Below, piece after piece: positions 63,988 through 64,000 of a DNA stretch of 64,000 bases. Source of the DNA: Candidatus Aenigmatarchaeota archaeon (lineage in GTDB: Archaea > Aenigmatarchaeota > Aenigmatarchaeia > CG10238-14 > SpSt-28). The notes beneath the pieces were generated by a model. It had not been told where the DNA came from, searched no databases, and saw nothing but the letters and a program-made list of their open reading frames with translations. The position numbers and the translations under genes are program-made. The first letter of the stretch is position 1. Every line of letters starts with the position of its first letter. Where the stretch lies: NCBI GenBank assembly GCA_032249395.1, contig JAVVFY010000002.1, positions 1 through 64,000 of the forward strand, in the 5' to 3' direction.

Positions 63988-64000
63988 AAAATAGTTTTCT

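Overview
AT-rich archaeal chromosomal segment, most likely from a small-genome DPANN archaeon (Aenigmarchaeota-like; inferred from gene content, not proven). Standard code 11: TAA, TAG and TGA all end intact genes. Most of the window is housekeeping: C/D sRNP proteins, tRNA maturation enzymes, ThrRS/GluRS/GlyRS, the S13-S4-S11 and spc-type ribosomal clusters with secY, RFC, GAPDH, prs/deoC and Alba. There are 8 tRNA loci, three with 11-12 nt introns and one a duplicated tRNA-Pro. Two LAGLIDADG inteins occur (RFC-S and a HerA-like ATPase), plus at least eight pseudogenes or fragments. The most unusual locus is 12.1-14.7 kb. A solo Cas2/PaaX-like mini-protein is divergent from an amphipathic-helix/coiled-coil/wHTH gene. 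That gene contains a dense, 10-bp-phased GAWTC repeat array, is flanked by AT-rich spacers with convergent GTGA motifs, and is followed by a tandem-wHTH gene. This is a candidate undescribed origin or chromosome-tethering system. Also notable: a 4xXRE-HTH + Vsr/PD-(D/E)xK nuclease fusion, a 39-bp non-coding motif present twice upstream of accessory genes, a solo wHTH-Cas4, an EndA lacking the canonical catalytic Lys, and an exact 206-bp duplication containing tRNA-Pro.
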